Shown: positions 20,440-28,518 of the stretch, one piece after another | Position numbering within the stretch: the first letter of the stretch is position 1 | Layout of the letters: every line of letters starts with the position of its first letter | Origin: a virus | Lineage: Duplodnaviria; Caudoviricetes | Length of the DNA stretch: 59,440 nucleotides | Virus record (IMG/VR): IMGVR_UViG_3300031788_000016 | Span: 1-59,440 of that record | Reading direction: 5' to 3' (one strand) | Position numbers and translations under genes: made by a program | Notes under the pieces: generated by a model | The model's input: only the letters and a program-made list of their open reading frames with translations | Database searches by the model: none | Told to the model about the DNA's origin: nothing

Positions 20440-20637
20440 TTATCTTTTCGTTTTCGTGAGAATGAGTTGGATGCGGCCTGGGCCGAGAACATTCTGACGT
20501 ATCGCGTGGTTCGGGAAGAGGCGCTTGTACTGGGTGATCTGGTCCGCGTTGGCGACGACGATCGAGAGCGTCGTCGATTTGGCCTTCCGTGTGGACGCGG
20601 CCATCTGAATCGTCTTGGGGCAATTGGCGCAGGCCAT
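20440..20637 (-). CDS. Small hypothetical protein
   Basis: Start taken at ATG 20637 (MACANCPK...); abuts the spike gene. Confidence 0.55.
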   Translation of the reverse strand: MACANCPKTIQMAASTRKAKSTTLSIVVANADQITQYKRLFPNHAIRQNVLGPGRIQLILTKTKR

Positions 20638-20649
20638 GGGCAGATGGTA

Positions 20650-20680
20650 GCTAAAAATGCAGGGTGGAATACGGGAAAAG
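20650..20680 (+). promoter_or_regulatory. Phage-specific early promoter-like motif, copy 1
   Basis: GCTAAAAA...GGGAAAAG, second box starting 23 nt after the first. Confidence 0.5.
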
Positions 20681-20697
20681 ACGGTAAGGAGATTTCT

Positions 20698-20850
20698 ATG
20701 TCGGACGCCGTCAAACACGATCTCAGGTTCTACTGGTGGAAGTTTGTCCACAACGCCATCTGCCATCCGCTGATGGCTTTCCCATACGAGCCGAAGTGGC
20801 TCCAGGATTTCCACGACTGGACCGCGACTCGGTGCTGGGGTGCGGGCTGA
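20698..20850 (+). CDS. Small Trp/His-rich hypothetical protein (50 aa)
   Basis: SD AAGGAG; WKFVHNAICHPL...FHDWTA. Confidence 0.75.
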   Translation: MSDAVKHDLRFYWWKFVHNAICHPLMAFPYEPKWLQDFHDWTATRCWGAG

Positions 20851-20873
20851 AGAGCCCGGCTGCTTTCGATCTC

Positions 20874-20924
20874 GCTAAAGAAGCGAGATCGAAAGCGGTA
20901 TAAGGATCATAGAGAGCTTTCTAC
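20874..20924 (+). promoter_or_regulatory. Promoter-like motif, copy 2, overlapping a 15-bp inverted repeat
   Basis: GCTAAAG...GGTATAAGGATCATAGAGAGCTTTCTA. Confidence 0.6.
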
Positions 20925-20957
20925 TTCCAGAGAGCTTCAAACACGAAGGAGAATTTC

Positions 20958-21140
20958 ATGGCTTCAAATCTCGGTCCTGCTGACACGCTTCGCTACGGCC
21001 TCGGATACGCCGCGGGTGCGACGGTTGCCACTGCCGCGGTCGTCCTCCCTGCCGTCGCAGCTGCCGCTGGTGCCGCTGTCCTCACCTACGGTGGGATCTC
21101 GGCGGTGCAGTGGGGAGTGCGCAAACTCAAGAGACGGTGA
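20958..21140 (+). CDS. Small membrane peptide
   Basis: SD AAGGAG; Ala/Gly hydrophobic core and basic tail RKLKRR. Confidence 0.75.
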   Translation: MASNLGPADTLRYGLGYAAGATVATAAVVLPAVAAAAGAAVLTYGGISAVQWGVRKLKRR

Positions 21141-21143
21141 AAA

Positions 21144-21178
21144 CAGCCGGGGCGAAAGCCCCGGCTGCTCTTCTTTTT
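21144..21178 (+). terminator. Intrinsic terminator
   Basis: CAGCCGGGGC-GAAA-GCCCCGGCTG plus T-rich tail. Confidence 0.85.
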
Positions 21179-21193
21179 ACGTCTGGCGTTGGA

Positions 21194-21242
21194 GCTAAAA
21201 AGAAGGGTCGAAAGGGGTATAAGGTGGATAGAGAGCTTTCTA
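21194..21242 (+). promoter_or_regulatory. Promoter-like motif, copy 3
   Basis: GCTAAAAAG...GGTATAAGGTGGATAGAGAGCTTTCTA. Confidence 0.6.
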
Positions 21243-21280
21243 AACCAAGAGCGTCTCTACCTCTTTGAAAGGAGTACACC

Positions 21281-21688
21281 ATGGCTTCGTTCATTGCTTC
21301 GCAATTCAAGTCCGCCATCGCCCACACTCCTGTCGAGTCGTGGTGGGGCGGCGGCCACACTCCTGAGACGCTCCCCACCAACAAAGGGTGGCGGTGCCGT
21401 TTCATGGGGAATGGTGGCTTCACCGGCGGCGGGCGCGGGCTCTGGCTCATGGGTCAGAGGAACGTCGCTGGGTGCGCGAGCATCCAGTGGTACCCCTCCA
21501 TGCCGGAGGAGTTCCCGGCTCTCGATGTCGCCCTCTACGATGAAACCCCGGAGGAAATCTCCGCGATCATCAAGGCGGGTAAATCAATGGAAGGGATCTA
21601 CGTGAAAACCCCCGTCCTTGAATTGGGCGGAACGGGGCTTCTCGTAATCCAGTTCATCGAGCATCGTCGGCTGGAATGTGCCAGCTGA
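21281..21688 (+). CDS. Hypothetical protein
   Basis: SD AAGGAG; 135 aa. Confidence 0.8.
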   Translation: MASFIASQFKSAIAHTPVESWWGGGHTPETLPTNKGWRCRFMGNGGFTGGGRGLWLMGQRNVAGCASIQWYPSMPEEFPALDVALYDETPEEISAIIKAGKSMEGIYVKTPVLELGGTGLLVIQFIEHRRLECAS

Positions 21689-21713
21689 GCGCCGAAAGAA
21701 ATCACCGCAATTG

Positions 21714-21745
21714 CCAGGGCGCAAGCCCTGGGTGGTTTTCTTTTT
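21714..21745 (+). terminator. Intrinsic terminator
   Basis: CCAGGGC-GCAA-GCCCTGG plus T-run. Confidence 0.8.
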
Positions 21746-21760
21746 ACGTCGAACGCTGGA

Positions 21761-21806
21761 GCTAAAAAGAAGAGATCGATTGTGATAAAAGGAAGTATGG
21801 AGCTTC
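21761..21806 (+). promoter_or_regulatory. Promoter-like motif, copy 4
   Basis: GCTAAAAAG...GATAAAAGGAAGTATGGAGCTT. Confidence 0.55.
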
Positions 21807-22029
21807 ATACCTCCGCGGGCGTCAGAAGCCTATCGTCGCTCTCCGTGTCACCGGGGAGACGTTGTCTGGTAGATGCGCTACCCAGACGCGATGAAAAAGT
21901 GCATGACCCCTGTAGGGGTTGGATGGGAATCCCGAATCCCCAGACGTTGGCACTGAAGCCAACACGAGGACCGCTACAGCGGGAACTCATTTTTCTTTCA
22001 CTCCACCGCTTTGTCGAAAGGGACACAGC

Positions 22030-22332
22030 ATGAAGACTTCAACTCTGTACGGTGAAATCACAGTGATCATCAACCGAGTCGCCCAACTCCCAACGGGCGA
22101 TGTACCTGGAACCAGGGCCGCGAAGCAGGCGTTTCTGCAAGCCCTCTACGCCGCGAGGATGGATGTGCTCGACTCCCAGGGTGACACCCAGAGCCCGCAA
22201 GCCGTGAAGAACCTCCTCTTCGCTGCGAGATGGCAACTCGAAGTCGGAGCGCGGATGCTCGAACGACTTCCGGAATCGATTCGCAATCAGGTCGACCTTC
22301 AACCGCTGATCGAGGATCTTCCCGTCGACTAG
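22030..22332 (+). CDS. Hypothetical protein
   Basis: ATG 22030 with AAGGGA upstream; 100 aa; TAG stop. Confidence 0.75.
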   Translation: MKTSTLYGEITVIINRVAQLPTGDVPGTRAAKQAFLQALYAARMDVLDSQGDTQSPQAVKNLLFAARWQLEVGARMLERLPESIRNQVDLQPLIEDLPVD

Positions 22333-22366
22333 AAATCAAACCGCCCACCTCCTACAAGGAGTTTCA

Positions 22367-22558
22367 ATGAGCATCAGATCGAAGTTAGTCAAGGCAGCGC
22401 CATTCATCCCGGCTGCAGTCGGTATTCCGATTGTCGCTGTGACAGTCGGGCTTCCTGCTGCAATTGCCGGGACGGCCGGCGGCCTCATCGGTGGCATCGC
22501 ATGCATCGCGGTTGACGAAGCCGTGCACCGGGCGCGCGAACGCCGCAATCGAAGGTGA
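22367..22558 (+). CDS. Small membrane peptide (glycine zipper)
   Basis: SD AAGGAG; hydrophobic AGTAGGLIGG and basic tail. Confidence 0.75.
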   Translation: MSIRSKLVKAAPFIPAAVGIPIVAVTVGLPAAIAGTAGGLIGGIACIAVDEAVHRARERRNRR

Positions 22559-22690
22559 GTCCAACGTCGATTCTCGGACGTTAAATCGGGAGGGGTGCTA
22601 GGCCCGCACACATTTACTGCGCGCGGGGCGCTCAAACCCAGGCAGGCAACTGCCGTTTCACAATCCCGCCTTTGAGCGGAAGGATATACC

Positions 22691-22951
22691 ATGCCGTCGA
22701 TTCACACCATTCTCATCATGATCTTCATCGCGTCGATGGGGGTCCTCAACGAGACCGTCAAACTCTTCCGGAGTATCCGGATTGCCAATGAAAGGGCAAA
22801 GCGCCAAGCAGAAGCTATTCAGGAGTTGGAGACACCGGTATTGGTTCAGTGCAAGAAGATAGCTAACTACTGCTTGCGGCTGATCCTATCGTACAAACCA
22901 AAAGGAGCATCCGATGCTCATGAAAGCGAAAGATCCGGACAAGTGTTGTGA
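22691..22951 (+). CDS. Small protein with N-terminal TM helix
   Basis: SD AAGGA; ILIMIFIASMGV. Confidence 0.65.
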   Translation: MPSIHTILIMIFIASMGVLNETVKLFRSIRIANERAKRQAEAIQELETPVLVQCKKIANYCLRLILSYKPKGASDAHESERSGQVL

Positions 22952-23153
22952 CATCTGCAAATGTGATGAACGCATACACATGCTCCGGGACCGGGAGACG
23001 GGTGAAGAACTCCGTCTCTGTTCGGTCTGTTTCAAGGCCCTGGAAATCCTGTCGCGTGAGTTGAAAGACAAAATTGCACAACAACTCACGATCGACTTCA
23101 CCTATCCTCCGGTCGAAGAGCCGGTAGAGGAGATATATGCCGCAGTCAGCTAG
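22914..23153 (+). CDS. Small Zn-finger-like protein
   Basis: CDIC...LCSVC; SD AGGAG. Confidence 0.65.
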   Translation: MLMKAKDPDKCCDICKCDERIHMLRDRETGEELRLCSVCFKALEILSRELKDKIAQQLTIDFTYPPVEEPVEEIYAAVS

Positions 23154-23694
23154 CATCGTCAGAGATCCGATCGATGCGTTCCTTCCGCCTGGGCTCATGC
23201 GATCGAGTTTCGAGGTGATCCGGCGGGCGAGGATCGTGGTCGGCCACATGAAGAAGGAATGGGATCGGCTCACCGCCGGAAACGTCCACATTCGAGTGAG
23301 CCGAATGAACGGCAGATACATCCCGGAGGATGAGTCTACTGATATGGAACCGGAAGATATCGTCTTCGAGGATTTGCCCACCTTCAGGGTCTTGAGCCGA
23401 CCCGCAGGATTCAAGAAAGCCCTGTGGTTCGGCGCCGGTAGAGAACGGATGATCAGCGAGGAAGATCTCAAAGACGACCCGGATGGGGATCTGTTCTTTT
23501 CTCTTTCTCTTCTGTGTTGTGCTGCAGATAGATCCATCCCTCCGTGGATCGAGCATATGATCGCCAAGAAATGGCTCGTGCTCACGTTTCATATGGAGTT
23601 CCTCGTCGGCCTCGACACGTATGAGATCGACATCGAAAACTGGAATACGTCGAAGTCTTCGAATGAATTCGAGATCGTGCCCGCCAGGGTCTGA
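23137..23694 (+). CDS. Hypothetical protein
   Basis: SD GAGGAG; 185 aa. Confidence 0.75.
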   Translation: MPQSASIVRDPIDAFLPPGLMRSSFEVIRRARIVVGHMKKEWDRLTAGNVHIRVSRMNGRYIPEDESTDMEPEDIVFEDLPTFRVLSRPAGFKKALWFGAGRERMISEEDLKDDPDGDLFFSLSLLCCAADRSIPPWIEHMIAKKWLVLTFHMEFLVGLDTYEIDIENWNTSKSSNEFEIVPARV

Positions 23695-23784
23695 TCATCT
23701 AGCTACAGCTGGCTGGCGCTGATGCCTCCCTTCATTGTCCCAGCCAGCTGTAGTCGAGCGCTAAACCGTAGCGCGGTATAAATA

Positions 23785-24280
23785 CCTGGAGAGATCCAGG
23801 CGGTCCCCGGCGACAGCCGGTCGGTGAGATGGGTTTTCTCGCCGTATGGGACTCAAGCTGCTGCCTCAGCAGAAAGAGTGGACTGGGTTGTCCCAAGCAA
23901 GGTCTGACGGTCTTCTCGATACTCGTCACGAGGAATTTCGTGATCGAGAAAGGAAGATACAAGACGCTATAAGAAAAGACGATGGGGTAGTTTCCATCGT
24001 TAAACTCACGCCAAACCGAAGGAGCAAAGGTATTGCTCTCGGCGTGTACTAAATACCGCTCCGAAAGGACGGCGATCTTCGACAGAGACAAAGCGCTCAG
24101 TCGATTGGGGGATCTTCGAAGCCGGCGCCAACTCCAGGGCCTGTTTTCGAGACGGATCGGGTTGTCCCCAGCACGGCCTGTCGATTCGAGATCTTGACGT
24201 ACGAGACATTGCCCGTCTTTGAAAGGCGGCTGATGGCTCAGACAGAGAGAAATCAAACCTAAAAAGGGAGACGTCCCCGG
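23785..24280 (+). ncRNA. Candidate large structured non-coding RNA
   Basis: About 500 nt with no SD-led ORF and more than 10 hairpins found by eye; begins just after GCTAAA...GGTATAAATA. Confidence 0.4.
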
Positions 24281-24326
24281 CGCTAAAACCAAATCCGGCC
24301 ACAGAGCCGAATGAAAGGGAATCATC

Positions 24327-24578
24327 ATGGTCGACAGTCTCGTCATCGCCGCAGTCGCTCGCGGAGACGTCTATGCCGAAGAGAAATTCGGCGTCGCCTC
24401 CTGGACCGTCGCCCGCCGAGTCCGGCTGGCGGGAATCCGTCGTCACCGTAGCCATCGCAGGGCCACGCGCAACGATCGCATCAGGCAGCTGCGTGGTGCC
24501 GGTGCGAAGGTCACCGAACTCGGTGAAGCCTTCGGCCTGCACCCGAGCCGCATCAGTCAGATCGCGCATTCCGAATGA
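24327..24578 (+). CDS. HTH DNA-binding protein (Mor-like C-terminus)
   Basis: RNDRIRQLRGAGAKVTELGEAFGLHPSRISQI. Confidence 0.7.
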   Translation: MVDSLVIAAVARGDVYAEEKFGVASWTVARRVRLAGIRRHRSHRRATRNDRIRQLRGAGAKVTELGEAFGLHPSRISQIAHSE

Positions 24579-24901
24579 TCCGCGGCGGGAGCCTGGATGG
24601 TGTCACACATCCAGGCTCCCGCCGATCACGTCGCTCGAAAGAGCAAGCTGCCGCTAAAATAAATGCGGCCAGAAAGGATTGACGATATGGTGGAGAGTCC
24701 GGCTACCGCTGTATAGGAGTGGCACACCAGCCATTTGACCGCCTCGGCACCAAGAGTCTATTGGATTGGATTGGTTCGCTCACCCTGCAAGAGGGTTTCG
24801 TCGTGTAACAACCGCCTCGTCTCTTCTTCATCTCACGTCGATGCGGCGATCGGGCTGCGTACGCCTGACCGCCGCGTCGCTTTCAAATCCGGGGCTGATG
24901 G

Positions 24902-25174
24902 ATGTATTTCCGTCATCTGCTCCGCCGGATCGTCGCTTGGCCGCTCGACTACCTGATCAGCGCCATTGGAATTGCGCGCATCTATGAGGACGAACTCCGT
25001 CTCATGGCCGCCTACCTGACGTTGATCTTGCGTCTGACTTTCGATCGGGGATCCACGATCGCTTGTTTGGACAAGTCGCTGACCTTCCGGTGGAAGAACT
25101 TTTGTGATCACATCTGGGCTCGCTCGATACCGAAGACTCATCCCCGCTGCAGCGCGGAACGTCTGAGGGTTTGA
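24902..25174 (+). CDS. Hypothetical protein
   Basis: Coding-like codon bias; start uncertain. Confidence 0.45.
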   Translation: MYFRHLLRRIVAWPLDYLISAIGIARIYEDELRLMAAYLTLILRLTFDRGSTIACLDKSLTFRWKNFCDHIWARSIPKTHPRCSAERLRV

Positions 25175-25266
25175 GTGGGGCCTGACTTGTTGCCATGATC
25201 TAGCCGATCCATGCGGTCGGCTAGATCTTGGCTATTTTCTTTCACTCCAGCGTCAGAAAGGACGTC

Positions 25267-25818
25267 ATGGATTTGTTCGATACGTCTCAAGCCGAGATCA
25301 AAGGCGGGGAGGCACCAGCGATTCTACGATTTGGAATGGAGGCTGTCTCAGTAGCGTTTGGGCTATCGTTGATCGCAGTGGCGAAAGGTGGAAAAACCCA
25401 AGCCGAACAGGATCGTCTTGTCAGAAACCTCCAAGCAATTCTGACTGAAGAAGTGAAAGCGATGTTGGTCGTCACTCCAATCTGCAAGGCAAAGAACGAC
25501 AAGGGGAGATACGTCTTCGTCGGTGCCGCATTCGTTGGTCGCGGTGCGGACATCAACGTCGAAGACGATCCCGAGCACGCCATAGTGCACGCGCTGGTCA
25601 CAAATGATCAGCACGATTACAATACCGCGATTGGGCTGCTCCAGCACACGCGAAAGATTCTACACGCCGACGACAACTTCAAGACGGTGTCTGCCCGTGT
25701 CTCAGGGCCATTCATGAAGGCAATCGGTCCGTACGGGTGGCGCGGTGTGCTGCTCGCGGATTTTTCCTACAAGATCACGGCAACGTGTTCACCAACGGTC
25801 AAGAAAGCAGCTACATGA
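25267..25818 (+). CDS. Hypothetical protein
   Basis: ATG 25267 with AAAGGA upstream. Confidence 0.75.
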   Translation: MDLFDTSQAEIKGGEAPAILRFGMEAVSVAFGLSLIAVAKGGKTQAEQDRLVRNLQAILTEEVKAMLVVTPICKAKNDKGRYVFVGAAFVGRGADINVEDDPEHAIVHALVTNDQHDYNTAIGLLQHTRKILHADDNFKTVSARVSGPFMKAIGPYGWRGVLLADFSYKITATCSPTVKKAAT

Positions 25819-26276
25819 GCAACCGCATGATCACCCATGCGCGATTCTACATTCCGATCGAGATCTTTGAGTCGCGAAAAGATGCGCTCGGAGAAATCTT
25901 CGAAGACTATGACGGAGAAGAGATCGAAGACCGGAAGTTCATCGAATACGAAAACACGGAGGACAGCCAAGCGGAGGTCCTGCAACGTGTTCTCATCAGC
26001 CAGAACATCCCGTTCGTCAGCATCCTCGGATACACGGGCGAGAACCCTCCGGAGATGGCGGTCTTCAATGCGGGGGACACCGAGATGGCGTCCATGTGGT
26101 TGGACGACGACCACTGCATGATCAATCGTACGTACTACGATGAATTCAAAGAGGCCTTCATCATCATCCCGGAAGACACAATCGCGTCGGGAGAAGTCGT
26201 CGAGGCCTACAGGGAATTCAGGAAGCTCTACGGTAAGCTCAACATCGCTCAGAGCATCCTGTTTGGTTCTGAATAA
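25815..26276 (+). CDS. Acidic hypothetical protein
   Basis: ATGA overlap with the previous gene. Confidence 0.75.
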   Translation: MSNRMITHARFYIPIEIFESRKDALGEIFEDYDGEEIEDRKFIEYENTEDSQAEVLQRVLISQNIPFVSILGYTGENPPEMAVFNAGDTEMASMWLDDDHCMINRTYYDEFKEAFIIIPEDTIASGEVVEAYREFRKLYGKLNIAQSILFGSE

Positions 26277-26297
26277 TTGAAACCTCCTATCAGGAGA

Positions 26298-27125
26298 ATG
26301 ACAACTGACCTCTTTTCACGAACACCATCACAGTCAAGCGAGAGCCGGATGAAAGACACGACAGTCAAAGACATTCAGAGGAGTCGGGCAGATGATGCGT
26401 ACGCCCGGCACCAGAAGCAGCGTGATGACGACGAGAAGGCCCGGAAAAAGGCGGAGGCCGAAGAAGCCGCAACGCAGGAAGAAGCCGCGAAAGCTGCGGC
26501 ACAGGAAGTGATCGACGCCGAGGCTCGGCGACTGGCACAAGAGAAGGCCATGGAAGATCACGAGCGCAAGATCGCCGAATCCGCCAAGCGGTTCGGCGTC
26601 ATGATCCACCGGGCTATGGGCTGGACCGCCTATTTCCCGAAGCCGTCGAAGCGGGACGAGAAGGACTATTACTCGCTCCTCGACGTCGTCTCTTTGGGGA
26701 TCTTCAGCCGCCGGGCAGAGATCGGCCCCTGGTCCGATCTGGTCATAGGGAAGGGCAAGAAGAAGAAGACCTTCGAGACCGCAGCCATCACGCTACCCAA
26801 GCGCGTGAAGGGTGTGGACATCAAGCAACCGGCTGGGTTCGTCGTTCGAAACGAACTCAAGACAATCGTCGAACTCGAATTCTTCGCCAAGGTCGACACG
26901 GCGAAGAAGGTCACGGCAGAGATGCGGAAAGATCCGAATCTCATCACCTATATCGAGAAGGGCGTGGAGATGACGAAGGTCAAGAAGCTCTTCACCTTCA
27001 TCGTGGAAGGACGGGCTGCCACGTACCCGTTCGATCATCGTATTCTGGGCTTCGAGCGGTTGACCGCGACCAACTGCCCGCTGTTCCCGTCGAACAAGAT
27101 CCTGATTCCACCACCCGCCAAGTGA
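26298..27125 (+). CDS. Hypothetical protein with N-terminal coiled coil
   Basis: SD AGGAG; E/K/A-rich helix followed by a basic domain. Confidence 0.8.
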   Translation: MTTDLFSRTPSQSSESRMKDTTVKDIQRSRADDAYARHQKQRDDDEKARKKAEAEEAATQEEAAKAAAQEVIDAEARRLAQEKAMEDHERKIAESAKRFGVMIHRAMGWTAYFPKPSKRDEKDYYSLLDVVSLGIFSRRAEIGPWSDLVIGKGKKKKTFETAAITLPKRVKGVDIKQPAGFVVRNELKTIVELEFFAKVDTAKKVTAEMRKDPNLITYIEKGVEMTKVKKLFTFIVEGRAATYPFDHRILGFERLTATNCPLFPSNKILIPPPAK

Positions 27126-27217
27126 TGGATGACTCCGTTGACTGATAGTGCTCATGGAGCGTAGGCAGCTGGTGGCACCGGCTGTCGCCCGATCAGCGAA
27201 GCGATCAGAGGTGCTCC

Positions 27218-27340
27218 ATGAGCATGAACATCATCAAGCATTGCGAGACCGCGAAAAAGGGTGTTGGCACCGCCATCATCGTCTTGAACGGAGCACTCGT
27301 CGTGCTTGAGGCTATCGCCAAGGCAGCAGCAAAGAAGTGA
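27218..27340 (+). CDS. 40-aa membrane peptide (not in ORF track)
   Basis: SD GAGGTG; MSMNIIKHCETAKKGVGTAIIVLNGALVVLEAIAKAAAKK. Confidence 0.55.
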   Translation: MSMNIIKHCETAKKGVGTAIIVLNGALVVLEAIAKAAAKK

Positions 27341-27526
27341 CCCGGACGCTGCTTGGCAACACGTATGACGTATGGTCAAACCGTCGTGCAAAACTGAAAT
27401 GGAGGCCCAATGGGCACCATCGGCTGGTTCCGCTGAACATCCAGTCTCCGGGGCGAATGCCCCGGGGACGCTTTCATCGCCAAACTCTTGACGATGAAAC
27501 CGTCCTCTACCCCAGAAAGGAAGACA

Positions 27527-27895
27527 ATGGACGCGACACTCTATGCTATCTATTCACGGAGGCTGTCTGACGTGATGGCGTCAATCACTGAATCAAGACG
27601 ACGAGTTGAGGCATTCCCAGAAGATCCGGTCCGGATCGCGAAGATCGGAGACGAACAAGCGGTTGAGGTCCTTGCGCATATGTATGAAACGCGTTCGAAG
27701 ATCAAAGACCTGACGCAGCACATCGTCGACTTGCGGGACAAACCCCACAATGCGGCAGAGACGCTCCTGATGCTGGAGCGCGAGGACAAGCGGCTAGAAA
27801 AGATAGCGGCGGTTGCTGTTTGCTTCACTTTATCTCGCGATCTCTTCGGGACAGATAGGCACGACAATCAGCTCTTCACGACTCTTCACCACTGA
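27527..27895 (+). CDS. Hypothetical coiled-coil protein
   Basis: ATG 27527 with AAGGA upstream. Confidence 0.7.
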   Translation: MDATLYAIYSRRLSDVMASITESRRRVEAFPEDPVRIAKIGDEQAVEVLAHMYETRSKIKDLTQHIVDLRDKPHNAAETLLMLEREDKRLEKIAAVAVCFTLSRDLFGTDRHDNQLFTTLHH

Positions 27896-27913
27896 CTCCA
27901 CAAGGAGAATGAT

Positions 27914-28111
27914 ATGCGAGTCTTCAAACCAACGCTCAACGAGGCCTGCGCCGTCAACCAAGACAACGCAGCAATCGATGGGCAAGAAGTGGTTCGCGTC
28001 GCGGACCTCGTCGCTCACCTCAACAACCGCATCAACCGCCTCGACGACAACTACCTCTACGAACGGCAGGCCATCACCGAACTGAAGGTGTTGCTCGCTG
28101 GCCTCAGCTGA
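27914..28111 (+). CDS. Hypothetical protein
   Basis: SD AAGGAG. Confidence 0.7.
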   Translation: MRVFKPTLNEACAVNQDNAAIDGQEVVRVADLVAHLNNRINRLDDNYLYERQAITELKVLLAGLS

Positions 28112-28126
28112 TCTACGGGGAAGATC

Positions 28127-28399
28127 ATGCCGAAAGAGACGTATCAAAAAGACGTATTGGCGTGGATGGCAGCCACTGACCAACTCACGGCTGCCATTTC
28201 TCTTTTCCGGCGAGCGCCATGTGTCGAGACATTCGCGCAGCTGGAAGAGAAGATGCGGGAATACATCCAAACGGGCCGGGAGTACATCACGGCCCAGGAG
28301 GACATGGTCTCGCACAAGGAATGGAAGCGTATCGACAAAGTCCTCAAGGGCGGGCCAGCATTCGTAGTGGCCCTCCTTCATTCGGCTACCCACCGATGA
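28127..28399 (+). CDS. Hypothetical protein
   Basis: SD GGGGA; within the operon. Confidence 0.65.
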   Translation: MPKETYQKDVLAWMAATDQLTAAISLFRRAPCVETFAQLEEKMREYIQTGREYITAQEDMVSHKEWKRIDKVLKGGPAFVVALLHSATHR

Positions 28400-28518
28400 G
28401 GTCGAGATGTGGAACAAACTCATCGCCGCGAAATCGACGATGAGAGTGTTCCACATCCCGATGTTCGGCACAGCCAATGCCGGGCATGACATCGATGCAT
28501 CCACAAGGAGAGCGCTAT

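Noticed and set aside
1-20640. Portal protein among the head genes
   Set aside because: No ORF could be recognised as portal by eye; it is probably outside the window.
20860-21810. CRISPR-like array from repeated intergenic sequences
   Set aside because: The repeats are degenerate and separated by whole genes; better explained as promoter/terminator cassettes.
24305-24340. Group II intron domain V-like GAGCCGAATGAAAGGGAATCATCATG
   Set aside because: The 3' strand cannot pair with the AGC triad, it overlaps the SD/start of the HTH gene, and there is no RT ORF.
24719-24990. Short overlapping ORFs upstream of 24902
   Set aside because: No consistent frame or SD; may be a degraded gene, but unsupported.
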